This document shows, piece after piece, positions 40,074 to 50,614 of a stretch of 64,000 nt of DNA. Origin of the DNA: Candidatus Oxydemutator sp. (GTDB lineage: Bacteria > Pseudomonadota > Gammaproteobacteria > Poriferisulfidales > Oxydemutatoraceae); contig OZ241883.1 in NCBI GenBank assembly GCA_965203445.1, positions 1,952,001 through 2,016,000 on the forward strand, read 5' to 3'. The first letter of the stretch is position 1. Each line of letters opens with the position of its first letter. The notes beneath the pieces are model-generated. The model was not told the origin of the DNA. It saw only the letters and a list, made by a program, of their open reading frames with translations, and made no database searches. The position numbers and the translations under genes are program-made.

Positions 40074-41537
40074 ATGAGCAAACAAGATAAGAACCGCAGA
40101 CCGACCCTGACGACCGCGGCCGGGATCCCGGTGGCGGACAACCAGAACAGTCTTACCGCCGGCGCCCGCGGGCCGTTGTTGGTTCAGGACAGCCAGCTGT
40201 TCGAGAAGCACGCGCATTTCAACCGCGAGCGCATTCCGGAGCGCGTCGTGCACGCCAAGGGTTCCGCCGCGTACGGAACGTTGCGCGTCGAGCACGACGT
40301 CAGCGACTACACCAGGGCCGGGTTGTTCGGGCGCGTCGGCAACGAGGCCGAGTGCTTTTTGCGCTTTTCGACCGTCGCCGGCGAACGCGGCGCGGCGGAC
40401 GCCGAGCGCGACGTGCGCGGCTTCGCGCTCAAGGTGTACACCGAGGAGGGCAACTGGGACGTGGTCGGCAACAACACGCCGGTGTTCTTCGTCCGCGATC
40501 CGTACAAGTTTCCCGACTTCATCCGCACGCAGAAGCGCGACCCGCGCACCAATCTGCGTTCGCCGACCGCGATGTGGGACTTCTGGTCGTTGTCGCCCGA
40601 AAGCCTGCACCAGGTCACGATCCTGTTCTCCGACCGCGGTCTGCCGAGGAGCTACCGTCACGTGAACGGCTATGGTTCGCACACCTACAGTTTCATCAAC
40701 GCCGGCGGCGAGCGCTTCTGGGTCAAGTTCCACTTCAAGACGAAGCAGGGCATCGAGTTTTTGACCGACGAAGAGGCGGCGCACCTGGTCGGCGGCGACC
40801 GCGAGACGCATCAGCGCGACCTGTACGACGCCATCGCCAGGGGCGAGTATCCCCAATGGCGCTTCTGCGTGCAGATCATGCCCGAGGCCGACGCCGACAA
40901 GACGCCGTACAACCCGTTCGACTTGACCAAGGTCTGGCCGCACCGCGACTACCCGTTGATCGAGGTCGGCACGCTGGAGCTGAACCGCAATCCGGAGAAC
41001 TACTTCGCCGAGGTCGAGCAATCCAGCTTCTCCCCGGCCAACGTGGTGCCCGGCATCGGCCACAGCCCGGACAAAATGCTCCAGTTCCGCGTGTTCTCCT
41101 ACGCCGACGCGCATCGCTACCGCTTAGGGATCAACTATGAGGCGTTGCCGGTCAACCGCCCCAGGTGCCCGGTACATTCCTACCACCGCGACGGCGCGAT
41201 GCGTTTCGACGGCAACGGCGGAGGCGCGGTGCACTACGAGCCGAACAGTTTCGGCGGCCCGGTGGAGGATCGCGCGTACCGCGAGCCGCCGCTGGCGATA
41301 GACGGCGCCGCCGATCGCTACGACCACCGCGACGGCAACGACGACTACGCCCAGGCCGGCGATCTCTTCCGTCTGATGGGGCGCGGGCAACAACAGCGGT
41401 TGTTCGCCAATATCGCCCGTGCGATGGCCGGCGTGCCGGAGGCGATAGTCCGACGCCAGATCGCGCACTTTGCGAAGGCCGATCCGGCCTACGGCGAGGG
41501 CGTGGCGCGGGCGTTGGGCGTCAAAAAGGCGGCGTGA
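40074..41537 (+). CDS. katA: Monofunctional heme catalase (small subunit)
   Basis: [46 protein letters not shown]. Confidence 0.95.
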   Translation: MSKQDKNRRPTLTTAAGIPVADNQNSLTAGARGPLLVQDSQLFEKHAHFNRERIPERVVHAKGSAAYGTLRVEHDVSDYTRAGLFGRVGNEAECFLRFSTVAGERGAADAERDVRGFALKVYTEEGNWDVVGNNTPVFFVRDPYKFPDFIRTQKRDPRTNLRSPTAMWDFWSLSPESLHQVTILFSDRGLPRSYRHVNGYGSHTYSFINAGGERFWVKFHFKTKQGIEFLTDEEAAHLVGGDRETHQRDLYDAIARGEYPQWRFCVQIMPEADADKTPYNPFDLTKVWPHRDYPLIEVGTLELNRNPENYFAEVEQSSFSPANVVPGIGHSPDKMLQFRVFSYADAHRYRLGINYEALPVNRPRCPVHSYHRDGAMRFDGNGGGAVHYEPNSFGGPVEDRAYREPPLAIDGAADRYDHRDGNDDYAQAGDLFRLMGRGQQQRLFANIARAMAGVPEAIVRRQIAHFAKADPAYGEGVARALGVKKAA

Positions 41538-41671
41538 GCGCCGGCGGCGACCGGCTCGCTGACGAAACCGGCTGGGCGCCGGCGGACGGCGAACCGGTCG
41601 TCGCCGTCGTCCGTCGTTTGTCGGCGCCGATGAGGAAGGTGCGGGTGGCGCCGGCTCCGCGCGGGATGGGT

Positions 41672-42205
41672 TCAGGGGCGGGTATCGTCCAGTCCGAAAC
41701 GTTCGACGATAAAATCGGCGACGCCGCCGGGATCGTCGAGGGCGATGACCGGGATGCCGGCGTCGCCGGCGTGTTCATCGTTCGTCGCCAACGCGATGAC
41801 GTTGTCGTCGTCGGGGTAGAGGGGCGGTCTGCCCAGTTCTTTGCGGTACAGTTCGATTTTCGGGAACGCCTCGTGTTTGAAGCCTTCCACCAGTACCAGA
41901 TCGAGCGTCTCGCGCGTGATGATCTCGATCAGCCGCTCCAGCGAGGCCTCCCGGTCGGCGTCAAAATGCTCGTGTATCAGCGCCCAGCGCCGGCTCGACG
42001 ATACCAGGGTGCGCCGCGCACCGGCGTGCCTGAGTTCGTAGCTATCCTTGCCGGGTCGGTCGGTGTCAAAATTGTGGTGCGCGTGTTTGATCACGCCGAC
42101 GCGCAGGCCGTGCGCCCTCAGGACGCGCAGCAGTTGGACCAGCAGCGTGGTTTTGCCGGTGCCGCTGTGGGCGCAGAAACCGACGACGGGGCAGGGCGCG
42201 TTCAC
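41672..42205 (-). CDS. mobB: Molybdopterin-guanine dinucleotide biosynthesis protein B
   Basis: SGTGKTTL, IKHAHHNFD.D.PGKDS, LVLVEGFK. Confidence 0.93.
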   Translation of the reverse strand: MNAPCPVVGFCAHSGTGKTTLLVQLLRVLRAHGLRVGVIKHAHHNFDTDRPGKDSYELRHAGARRTLVSSSRRWALIHEHFDADREASLERLIEIITRETLDLVLVEGFKHEAFPKIELYRKELGRPPLYPDDDNVIALATNDEHAGDAGIPVIALDDPGGVADFIVERFGLDDTRP

Positions 42206-42804
42206 GCGCGGGCACCGGCCGCGGCCACTTGTTCGGGCGTGTTGAGGTTCGCAAAAGTCTCGGCCTGATCGCTGAAATCGCAGAACGCGGTCGGCACGCG
42301 CTCAAACCAGAGGTCTATCTTGCGCCCGCCGTCGCCGAGAAAATCACGCAGCGAGCCGTGCAGCGACGTTTTCATCAGGCAGAACACCGGATGCAGGCGT
42401 CGCCCGTCAAAGGCGACGGCGAGGTCGGCCCGTTCACGCGCCAAGGTTCGGTACAAGCGCGACACCAATTCCGCCGACAGCCGCGGGCTGTCGCACGGGA
42501 CTACGGCCATGCAGGGCGTCGCGGCCGCGGCCGCGGCCGCGCAGATGCCGGCGAGAGGCCCCTGGAAACCGCCGAAGCCGTCGCTGACCACCGGGTATCC
42601 GTAGGCGCGATAGCGCTCGAGGTTGCGGTTCGCGCTGATCATCAGCGCGCCCACCTGCGGTTTTAGCGCCGCGATGGCGTGCTCGACAAAAGGCCGTCCG
42701 GCGAGCATCGCCAGCCCCTTGTCGACGCCGCCCATGCGCGCGCCCTTGCCGCCGGCGAGGATGACGCCGGTGACGTCGCTTAGCGGGTAACGAGGCTGGT
42801 TCAT
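42202..42804 (-). CDS. mobA: Molybdenum cofactor guanylyltransferase
   Basis: ILAGGKGARMGGVDKGL, GPLAG, PCDSP, FANLNTP. Confidence 0.95.
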   Translation of the reverse strand: MNQPRYPLSDVTGVILAGGKGARMGGVDKGLAMLAGRPFVEHAIAALKPQVGALMISANRNLERYRAYGYPVVSDGFGGFQGPLAGICAAAAAAATPCMAVVPCDSPRLSAELVSRLYRTLARERADLAVAFDGRRLHPVFCLMKTSLHGSLRDFLGDGGRKIDLWFERVPTAFCDFSDQAETFANLNTPEQVAAAGARA

Positions 42805-42863
42805 GCTGCCTTATAATATACCGACGATCGTTCTCGTGGAAAGCGACCATAGGGAGGCAACAC

Positions 42864-43166
42864 GTGTCGGATGTGAGCGATGAAACCAGAGTGCAGGTCG
42901 AGGCCGCCGTGTATCGGCGGCTGATCGAGCACCTGCGCGCGCACCCCGAGGTGCAGAACGTGGATTTGATGAATCTCGCGGATTTCTGCCGCAACTGTCT
43001 TGCCAAATGGTACGTCGCCGCGGCCGCGGAACGCGGCGTCGAGATCGACTATGAGCGGGCACGCGAGATCATCTACGGCATGGCGTATTCCGAATGGAAG
43101 ACGCGCCACCAGAAACCGGCGACGCCGCAACAGCGGGAGGCCTGGAAGGCGCGGCGCGAGACGTGA
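42864..43166 (+). CDS. DUF1244-family protein
   Basis: EAAVYRRLIEHLR...VQNVDLMNLA.FCRNCL.KWY...YGM.Y.EWK. Confidence 0.85.
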   Translation: MSDVSDETRVQVEAAVYRRLIEHLRAHPEVQNVDLMNLADFCRNCLAKWYVAAAAERGVEIDYERAREIIYGMAYSEWKTRHQKPATPQQREAWKARRET

Positions 43167-43172
43167 CGCCCG

Positions 43173-43940
43173 ATGGCCGGCCTCAACGACAACCAGCTGC
43201 TGCGCTACGGCAGACAGATCCTGCTGCCGCAGATCGGCGTCCGCGGGCAGGAGCGGCTGCTGCGTTCGAGCGCGCTGGTGGTGGGCGCCGGCGGCCTCGG
43301 TTCGCCGGCCTCGATGTACCTGGCGGCCGGCGGCGTCGGGCGCCTGATTATCGCCGACGACGACGCGGTCGAGTTGTCCAACTTGCAACGCCAGATCGTG
43401 CACGCGAGCGGCGACCTCGGCAAGCGCAAGACCTCGTCGGCCGGGGCGCGCCTCGCCGATTTGAATCCGGAGGTCGCGGTTACCGAAGTGGACGAGCGCA
43501 TGGACCTCGAGAAATTGCGCCCGCTCGTCGCGCAGAGCGACGTCGTCCTCGACTGTTCGGATAATTTCGAGACCCGCTACGCGCTGAACCGCGCGTGCCG
43601 GGAGGCGCGCAAGCCGCTGGTGTCCGCGGCCGCCATCCGTATGGAGGGCCAGCTCAGCACGTTCGTGCCGGCCGAGCGCGACAGCCCGTGCTACCAATGC
43701 CTGTATCCCGAGGGCGCGCACGGCGACGAGCGCTGTGCTACCAACGGCATCCTGTCGCCGCTGACCGGCGTCATCGGCAGCCTGCAGGCGATAGAGGCCG
43801 TCAAGCTGCTGCTCGGCCTGGGTGACACGCTCGTCGGGCGCCTGCTGCTGTTTGACGCGATGCACATGCAGTGGCGCGAGCTCAAGCTGTCGAAAAATCC
43901 CGAGTGCGCGCTGTGCGGTGAACGCAACGCCGCGGCGTAG
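43173..43940 (+). CDS. moeB: Molybdopterin-synthase adenylyltransferase MoeB (ThiF family)
   Basis: RYGRQILL, GAGGLGS, SNLQRQ, DCSDNF, PCYQCL, C-terminal CALC. Confidence 0.9.
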   Translation: MAGLNDNQLLRYGRQILLPQIGVRGQERLLRSSALVVGAGGLGSPASMYLAAGGVGRLIIADDDAVELSNLQRQIVHASGDLGKRKTSSAGARLADLNPEVAVTEVDERMDLEKLRPLVAQSDVVLDCSDNFETRYALNRACREARKPLVSAAAIRMEGQLSTFVPAERDSPCYQCLYPEGAHGDERCATNGILSPLTGVIGSLQAIEAVKLLLGLGDTLVGRLLLFDAMHMQWRELKLSKNPECALCGERNAAA

Positions 43941-43946
43941 GGCGGC

Positions 43947-45182
43947 GTGACAGAGACGAGCCGGCACGACGACGGGCAGGCGCGACGCCCGCCGCGGGGC
44001 GAACCGTTCGTGCGCCTCGAGGTGGGGCCGACGCGCGTCGCGATCCTCGGTACCGCGCACGTCTCCGAGGCCAGCCGCCGCGAGGTGCGCGCCTGCATCG
44101 AGGGTGGCGCGTACGACGCGGTCGCGGTCGAACTGTGCGCAAGCCGCCACAAGGCCATCACCGACCCGGAGTCGCTCGCAAACATGGATTTGTGGCGGGT
44201 CATACGCGAGCGCAAGGTGTTTGCGATCACCGCGCTGCTGGTGCTAGGCGGTTGCCAGCAGCGTCTGGCCGAGCGCCTGGGCGTCGAAGCCGGCGCCGAG
44301 ATGAAAGAAGCCGTGCGTCTGGCCGGGGAGCGTGGTTTGCCGCTGGCTTTGATCGACCGCGAAGTCGGACTGACCTTGAAGCGCCTGTACCACGGCGTCG
44401 CCTGGTGGCGCAGACCGGCGCTGTTGTCGGGGCTGTTCGCCGGCTTGTTTCACGCCGACGAGATCACCGAGGCCGACGTCGAGAACGCGAAGCACGGCGA
44501 GACTCTGGAGACCGCGTTTCGGCACCTGCCTTTTTTGAGCGAAGAAATCGAACGGACGCTGGTGCGCGAGCGCGATCTCTACATGGCGGCGAAGATACGC
44601 AAGTTCGTGTCCGAGCGCGAGCCGCGAGCGCTGCTCGCGGTCGTGGGCGCCGGTCATCTCGACGGCTTGCGGCGCGAACTGGCGGACGAGAAGCGCGCCG
44701 GGCGCGCGGACGAGATCATCGCCGACTACGAGGCGGTGCCGGCGCGCGGACGCTGGTGGAAATTGCTGCCGTGGGCGATCGTCGCCGTGATCGTCGCCGG
44801 ATTCGTCCTCGGTTTCGCGCGCGATTTCGATTTGGGCGTCGCTCTGGTGCTCGATTGGATAGTGATCAACGGCGGTCTCGCGGCGCTGGGGGCGGCGCTC
44901 GCCGCGGCCCATCCGGTGACGGTCGCCGCGGTGTTCGTGGCCGCGCCGCTGACCTCGATCAACCCGACGATAGGCGCGGGCATGGCCGCGGCCGCGGTCG
45001 AGCTCTTTTTGCGGAAACCGCGCGTACTTGATTTCGAGCGCCTCAAGACCGATGCCGCGCGCTTCTCCGGCTGGCGCCGCAACCGCGTCGCCAGGACCCT
45101 GCTGATCTTTGTGCTGAGCACCATCGGTTCGGCCGCGGGCACCTACCTCGGGGGCTTCCACATTTACGACAGCTTGCGATGA
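43947..45182 (+). CDS. TraB/GumN family membrane protein
   Basis: LGTAHVS, VAVELC..R, GAEM, ERD.YMA, VVGAGH and C-terminal TM region. Confidence 0.85.
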   Translation: MTETSRHDDGQARRPPRGEPFVRLEVGPTRVAILGTAHVSEASRREVRACIEGGAYDAVAVELCASRHKAITDPESLANMDLWRVIRERKVFAITALLVLGGCQQRLAERLGVEAGAEMKEAVRLAGERGLPLALIDREVGLTLKRLYHGVAWWRRPALLSGLFAGLFHADEITEADVENAKHGETLETAFRHLPFLSEEIERTLVRERDLYMAAKIRKFVSEREPRALLAVVGAGHLDGLRRELADEKRAGRADEIIADYEAVPARGRWWKLLPWAIVAVIVAGFVLGFARDFDLGVALVLDWIVINGGLAALGAALAAAHPVTVAAVFVAAPLTSINPTIGAGMAAAAVELFLRKPRVLDFERLKTDAARFSGWRRNRVARTLLIFVLSTIGSAAGTYLGGFHIYDSLR

Positions 45183-45186
45183 CGGG

Positions 45187-46362
45187 CTAGGCGCGCAGGC
45201 AGGCGCGCAACCCGCCGACCAGACGCCTGAGGCCCTCGCCGACGCCGTCGGGCGGCAACGCGCCGTAGGAAACGCGCAGACACGAAGTGCGGCGTTCGCC
45301 GAAGGCCGAGCCCGGGATGACCGCGACGCGGTGCTCGCGAATCAGCGTCTCGGCCAGCCGGTAGTCGTCGCAGCGGCGCCGCAGCCGCAGGAAGATGTAA
45401 AACGCGCCCTCGGCCGCAATCGTCTCCACCAGGCCCTCGGCGTGTAATGCTCCCAGTTCGTTCAGGCATATTTCGCGGTTGGCCTCGATCAGCGCGCGTT
45501 GTTCGCCCGGGTAATCCCGCTCCTCGTTAAGGCAGTGCAGCGCCGCCAACTGCGAGACCGTCGGCGTGCAGATCACGACGTTGTCCTGCACCTTGGTGAT
45601 GTCGTCGTGCAGCCGCCGCGGCGCCACCACGTAGCCGACGCGCCACGACGCCATGCCGTAACTCTTCGAGAACGTGAACAGCGACAACGTGTGCGCCGCG
45701 GCGCCCGGCAGCGAGCCCGGCGAGAAATGGCGATGGCCGGCGTAGGTGAAGTCCGCGTACGCCTCGTCGCTGACGTGATAGACGCCGCGCCGGGCGCACA
45801 GCTCGTTGACGCCGGCAAGCAGCTCCTTCGGATAGACGCGCCCGCTGGGGTTGTTCGGCGAGATCGTGACCACGGCGCGCGTCTTCGGCGTGAACGCGGC
45901 CGCTATGCGTTCGAGGAGCGGGTAGTCGCGCGCGTCGGTGTCCACGCCGACGACGCGGCAACCGCACATCTCGACCGTCATCCGGTGATTGAAATACCAC
46001 GGCGCAAGCAGGATGACTTCGTCGCCCGGATCGCACACGCTCAGCATCAGCGCGTGGAAGGCCATGTTGGCGCCGGCGGTTACGAACACCGTCGACCGCC
46101 CGTCGACCGCGATGCCGTTGTCGCGCGCCAGCGTTCTTGCGAGCGCGTCGCGCAACTCGGGTATGCCTTCGACCGGAGCGTAGAAGTGACGTCCGGCGCC
46201 GGCCATGCGCGCCGCCGCCCGCTCGAGCGCCGCCGGCGGGGGCGGGTAGAACACCACGCCCTGGCCCAGCGAGATCGTGCCCGGGTGATCGGCCGCGAGC
46301 CGGTTGATTACCGGAATCACCGGTTCGTCTATCCGCCTCATGCGGCGCGCGACGCGTGCCAT
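45187..46362 (-). CDS. PLP-dependent class I/II aminotransferase
   Basis: SPNNPSG, SDEAY, FSKSYGMASWRVGY. Confidence 0.9.
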   Translation of the reverse strand: MARVARRMRRIDEPVIPVINRLAADHPGTISLGQGVVFYPPPPAALERAAARMAGAGRHFYAPVEGIPELRDALARTLARDNGIAVDGRSTVFVTAGANMAFHALMLSVCDPGDEVILLAPWYFNHRMTVEMCGCRVVGVDTDARDYPLLERIAAAFTPKTRAVVTISPNNPSGRVYPKELLAGVNELCARRGVYHVSDEAYADFTYAGHRHFSPGSLPGAAAHTLSLFTFSKSYGMASWRVGYVVAPRRLHDDITKVQDNVVICTPTVSQLAALHCLNEERDYPGEQRALIEANREICLNELGALHAEGLVETIAAEGAFYIFLRLRRRCDDYRLAETLIREHRVAVIPGSAFGERRTSCLRVSYGALPPDGVGEGLRRLVGGLRACLRA

Positions 46363-46366
46363 CGCG

Positions 46367-47086
46367 CTATTGCAGCAGCAGGTCTTTGGCCTGGTTGATC
46401 AGCGCCGCCAGATGCGCCGAACCGCCGCGGTCCGGGTGCAATTTCTGGATCAGACGCCGGTGCGCCTCGGTGATCGCCTCGCGCTTCGCGTCCGGTTTCA
46501 GGCCGAGGATGCGCAGCGCCTGGTCGCGGCTCATGTCGGGGGTCGCGGCCTCGCCGCGGTCGCCGCCGCCGTCGCCGCCGTGATCGCCGTGATCGCCGTG
46601 ATCGCCGGCGCGCCTCGAGCGCATTCTCTGGTAGCTTTGCAACAGTTGCGCCGCCTGCGGGTCGTCCTTGACAAACGCCGCCATCAGCGCCTCGAGTTCG
46701 CTCTTGTTGAAACTGCTGAGGCGCCGCCCTTTGTAGGCGCCCGCGAGGACGCGCCCGTCCATGGTGCCGGTCAGCGGATTGATTTCGAGCACCAGCGAGC
46801 GGCTCTGGAAATTGGCGAACCCTTGCGAACCGAGGTTGAGGTTGTGGAAGATCCTCGTGAACAGCGGCACGAAGCGCACCAGCGCGAACAGCTTGTAGAG
46901 CAGCGGCAGCGTCGCGCCGATGGCCGCCGCCAGCCAGTGCAGGCGTCCGCTCAGCGCCAGCGCCACCAGCACGCCCAGGCCTCCGTACAACAGCCATTTG
47001 CGGCGCACCCGCGGCGGCTTGCGCGCGACCCAGCGGGCGACCAGCAGCAGGATGACGAGGCCCGCGATGAATGCAAGCAGCAGCAT
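46367..47086 (-). CDS. Membrane-anchored protein with a C-terminal J-domain
   Basis: N-terminal TM helices; C-terminal ILGL...AHRRLIQKLHPDRGGS. Confidence 0.85.
   Translation of the reverse strand: MLLLAFIAGLVILLLVARWVARKPPRVRRKWLLYGGLGVLVALALSGRLHWLAAAIGATLPLLYKLFALVRFVPLFTRIFHNLNLGSQGFANFQSRSLVLEINPLTGTMDGRVLAGAYKGRRLSSFNKSELEALMAAFVKDDPQAAQLLQSYQRMRSRRAGDHGDHGDHGGDGGGDRGEAATPDMSRDQALRILGLKPDAKREAITEAHRRLIQKLHPDRGGSAHLAALINQAKDLLLQ
46576..46607. repeat. 9-bp tandem repeat (CGCCGTGAT x3.5) encoding GDH repeats
   Basis: GDHGDHGDHGGD in the linker before the J-domain. Confidence 0.8.
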
Positions 47087-47136
47087 GATTTTTACTATAA
47101 TGTGTACACGGCTACCCTAGTCGAATTGTATCCCTT

Positions 47137-47991
47137 ATGCAATGGTTCGACGCAATCCGCACGTCCGTTGACGAAGATCTGCGCCCGTTCAGGCGTTATC
47201 TTTCGGAGCGCGGAGTGTGTCACCACGTCGTCGAGCAAGGCGGCCGCCAGGTTCTGCTGCTCGCCGATCGCCGCGAGCTTCTTTCCGTGCGCCGATGGTT
47301 CGAGGAATGGCGCAGCGGGCGGTTGCCGCTGAGCGCGGCCGGCGACGACGCCGAGGCGTCGTTCGATTGGCGGCGCGCGTCGGCGCGCGTGCGCACGCTC
47401 ATCGCGCGCTATCCGGTCGTCGTCGCGTTGGCGTCGCTCAGCGCCGCCGGCGCGTGGCTGGTGTGGAGCGAAAACCTCTACGCGGTGCGCCTGCTGTTGC
47501 TCGAGGACGCGGCCGCGGCCGTCGCCGCCGGCCAATGGTGGCGCTTCGTGTCACCGGCTTTCGTGCATTTCGGAATCATCCACTTACTGTTCAACCTCCT
47601 GTGGCTGGCCGACCTCGGCCGCCGTATCGAATCATCGCAGTCGAGCATGCGCCTGCTGCTGGTGGTCGCGGTCACCGCGTTGTGTGCCAACTTGTCGCAA
47701 TACTGGCACGTTCCGGGGAGCGCGTTCGGCGGTATGTCGGGCGTCGTCTATGGCCTGCTCGGCTATTGCTGGCTGGCCGGGCGGCGCACGCCGCGCCTGC
47801 AACTTCCGGCCGGCGTCGTCGCGTTCCTGCTCGGTTGGATGCTGCTGTGCATGACCGGCATTTTCTCCGTCATCGGCATACACGTCGCCAACGCCGCCCA
47901 CGTGGGCGGCTTTGTGACGGGCTTGTTGCTCGCGTTGCTGCCGCCCCCTTCGGCGGGGGCTGGCGCCGGCGAGCGGGGAAAGACGACGTAG
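47137..47991 (+). CDS. glpG: Rhomboid intramembrane serine protease (GlpG-like)
   Basis: WWR..SP.FVHF...HLLFN, FGGMSGVVYG, NAAHVGG. Confidence 0.88.
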   Translation: MQWFDAIRTSVDEDLRPFRRYLSERGVCHHVVEQGGRQVLLLADRRELLSVRRWFEEWRSGRLPLSAAGDDAEASFDWRRASARVRTLIARYPVVVALASLSAAGAWLVWSENLYAVRLLLLEDAAAAVAAGQWWRFVSPAFVHFGIIHLLFNLLWLADLGRRIESSQSSMRLLLVVAVTALCANLSQYWHVPGSAFGGMSGVVYGLLGYCWLAGRRTPRLQLPAGVVAFLLGWMLLCMTGIFSVIGIHVANAAHVGGFVTGLLLALLPPPSAGAGAGERGKTT

Positions 47992-48054
47992 CACGCCGGC
48001 CGTTTGCGCAGGCGATTTCCGGCTACGACGGGATTGCCACCCATCCGCCGCCGA

Positions 48055-49221
48055 TCAATCCCTGCGCAAGCGCTTGTTCAGCGCGATCGGCGTCGGGTAA
48101 CGCATCACGACGAGGTAGGGCGACACCATAAACGTGATCAGCATCGCGATCTGGAGCAGGTGCGCGGCGTAGCCGCCTATCAGGTGCAATTCGTAGGCGA
48201 GCGCGGCGATCAGCAGCGAGAATTCGCTGCCTTGCCCAAGCCTGACGCCGACTTCGCGCGCACGCGCACGCTCCTCGCCGGTGCGCGCCAGCAGCAGGCG
48301 GAACACCGCGGGTTTGATCAGCAGGATCAGCCCGGCCAACAGCGCGGCCGCCGGCAACACTTCCACCAGCGAAGCCAATTCGATGCCGCTGCCCAGGGCG
48401 AAGAAGAAGATGATCAGGAAGAAGTCGCGCAGCGGCTTCAGCGACTCGGCGACGTAGAGCGCGACCGGATTGGCGGCGATGGTCACGCCGGCGATGAACG
48501 CGCCGATCTCGTACGACAGGCCGAGCGACGCCGTCAGCTGGGCGACGCCGATGCACCAGCCGATCATCAGCACGAAGATGTATTCGCGGATGGTGTCGAA
48601 TTTTTCCAGCAGCTTTAGAATCACGTGCTTCTGCATCAGGTAGATGAGCGGGGCCAGCAGCGGCAGCGACAACAGTTGCACCGCTATTTGCGCCGCGCCG
48701 GCGCCGCCCGCGAACGCGTGGAGCGCGACCAGCACGGCGACGGCCACCAGGTCCTGCAACAGCAGCACGCTGATGATGATCTCGCCGGTCGGCTTGTGGT
48801 GCAGCACCGTCGTCGGCAGCAGCTTGAGGCCGATAATCGTGCTCGAGAACATCAGCGCGCCCGCCACTACCAGCGTCTCCACGATGCTGAGTTCGAGCGC
48901 GTAGCCGAACAGCAGCCCGACTACGGCGAACGTCGCGCAACTCAGCATCGTCGGCGCGGCCGTCGCCCGCAGCATCTTCGCCAGTTTGACCGGCGACAGG
49001 TCAAGCCCCAGCAGGAACAGCAGAAAGGCGATGCCGATCTCCGAGATTTCGGCGATGCCGCTCGAATCCTCGATCAGCGCGAAGCCCGCGGGCCCCAGCA
49101 GCAGGCCGAGGACGATGTACGCGACCAACATCGTCTGGCGCGTGAACAGGGCCAGCGTCGCCATGATCGCGGCGCCGCTGAAGATCAGAAAGGTGGTGAA
49201 GAGGGCAAGGTCGTGCGGCAT
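48055..49221 (-). CDS. CPA2-family cation:proton antiporter
   Basis: Many TM helices, FSSTII, LLQDL, GAFIAG, GQGSEFS. Confidence 0.88.
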   Translation of the reverse strand: MPHDLALFTTFLIFSGAAIMATLALFTRQTMLVAYIVLGLLLGPAGFALIEDSSGIAEISEIGIAFLLFLLGLDLSPVKLAKMLRATAAPTMLSCATFAVVGLLFGYALELSIVETLVVAGALMFSSTIIGLKLLPTTVLHHKPTGEIIISVLLLQDLVAVAVLVALHAFAGGAGAAQIAVQLLSLPLLAPLIYLMQKHVILKLLEKFDTIREYIFVLMIGWCIGVAQLTASLGLSYEIGAFIAGVTIAANPVALYVAESLKPLRDFFLIIFFFALGSGIELASLVEVLPAAALLAGLILLIKPAVFRLLLARTGEERARAREVGVRLGQGSEFSLLIAALAYELHLIGGYAAHLLQIAMLITFMVSPYLVVMRYPTPIALNKRLRRD

Positions 49222-49328
49222 CTGACGTGCGGTTTTATTCGCGGAAATTGTCGGCTATTATAAGCAAACTGCGTCATCCCCTTGTTCGGATTGGCCTTTC
49301 GGGCAGTGCGAGGCGCTGAAACCGCACC

Positions 49329-50597
49329 ATGCTCGATCCCAGACTGCTGCGCAACAATCCCGACGCCGTCTTCGAGCGCCTGGCGCTGCGTGGCGGCGAT
49401 TACGGCGCCGACGCCTACCGCGCGCTCGACGGCAGGCGCAAGACGATGCAGGTCGAGATCGAGCGCGCGCAGGCCGCGATCAACGAGAAATCACGTGAAA
49501 TAGGCAGGCGCAAGGCCGAAGGCGCCGCCGTCGCCGGGCTGCTGGCCGAGGTCGAGGAGCTGAAGAAAAACTTCAAGCGGCGGCGCGCGGAGTTTGCCGC
49601 GTTGCAGGCGACGCTCGACGAGTTCCTGCTCGGCCTGCCGAACGTTCCGCACGAGTCGGTGCCGCCCGGGGACGACGACGGCGCCAATCTCGAAGTGCGG
49701 CGCTGGGGCGAGCCGCCGGCGTTCGATTTCGCACCGCGCGACCACGTCGCGCTGGGGCAGAGACTGGGGCTCGACATACCGGCGGCGGCGGCGATATCCG
49801 GCTCGCGCTATTGCGTGCTGTACGGCGTGCTCGCCGAGTTGCAGCGCGCGCTGATACGCTTCATGCTCGAGATGCACACCGGCGAGCACGGTTACCGCGA
49901 GGTGTACGTGCCGTACATCGTCCACGCCGGCGCGCTGCTCGGCACCGGCCAGCTGCCGAAGTTCGAGGATGACCTGTTCCGCTTGCAGGCCGACGCTCCG
50001 TGCTACCTGATTCCTACCGCCGAGGTGCCGGTGACCAACCTGTGCCGAGAGCGCATCCTCGAGGCCGACGCGCTGCCGCTGAAACTGGTCGCGCACACGC
50101 CGTGTTTTCGCTCCGAGGCCGGTTCCTACGGCAAGGACACGCACGGCCTGATGCGCCAGCACCAGTTCGAGAAGGTCGAGCTGGTGCAGGTCGTCTCCGC
50201 CGCGCGGTCGTGGCGGGCGCTCGAGGAATTGACCGCGCACGCCGAGGCCGTGTTGCAGGCGCTCGAACTGGCGTACCGCGTCGTCGTCCTGTGCGCGGGC
50301 GATCTGGGTTTCGCGTCGGCCAAGACCTACGACGTCGAGGCGTGGATGCCGGCCGAGGGTCGCTACCGCGAGATCTCCTCGTGCAGCAACATGCTCGATT
50401 TTCAGGCGCGGCGGATGCGGGCGCGCGTGCGCTCGCCCGATACCGGCAAGCCCGAATGGGTACATACCCTGAACGGGTCGGGGCTGGCGGTCGGGCGCAC
50501 CTTGATCGCGCTATTGGAGAATCACCAGGACGAGAACGGGCGCGTGCGGATACCGCCGAAGTTGCGCCCGTACCTGGGCGGTCGCGCTTTGATTTGA
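49329..50597 (+). CDS. serS: Serine--tRNA ligase
   Basis: [50 protein letters not shown]. Confidence 0.98.
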   Translation: MLDPRLLRNNPDAVFERLALRGGDYGADAYRALDGRRKTMQVEIERAQAAINEKSREIGRRKAEGAAVAGLLAEVEELKKNFKRRRAEFAALQATLDEFLLGLPNVPHESVPPGDDDGANLEVRRWGEPPAFDFAPRDHVALGQRLGLDIPAAAAISGSRYCVLYGVLAELQRALIRFMLEMHTGEHGYREVYVPYIVHAGALLGTGQLPKFEDDLFRLQADAPCYLIPTAEVPVTNLCRERILEADALPLKLVAHTPCFRSEAGSYGKDTHGLMRQHQFEKVELVQVVSAARSWRALEELTAHAEAVLQALELAYRVVVLCAGDLGFASAKTYDVEAWMPAEGRYREISSCSNMLDFQARRMRARVRSPDTGKPEWVHTLNGSGLAVGRTLIALLENHQDENGRVRIPPKLRPYLGGRALI

Positions 50598-50614
50598 GCG
50601 CTTGGGCGCAAGCT

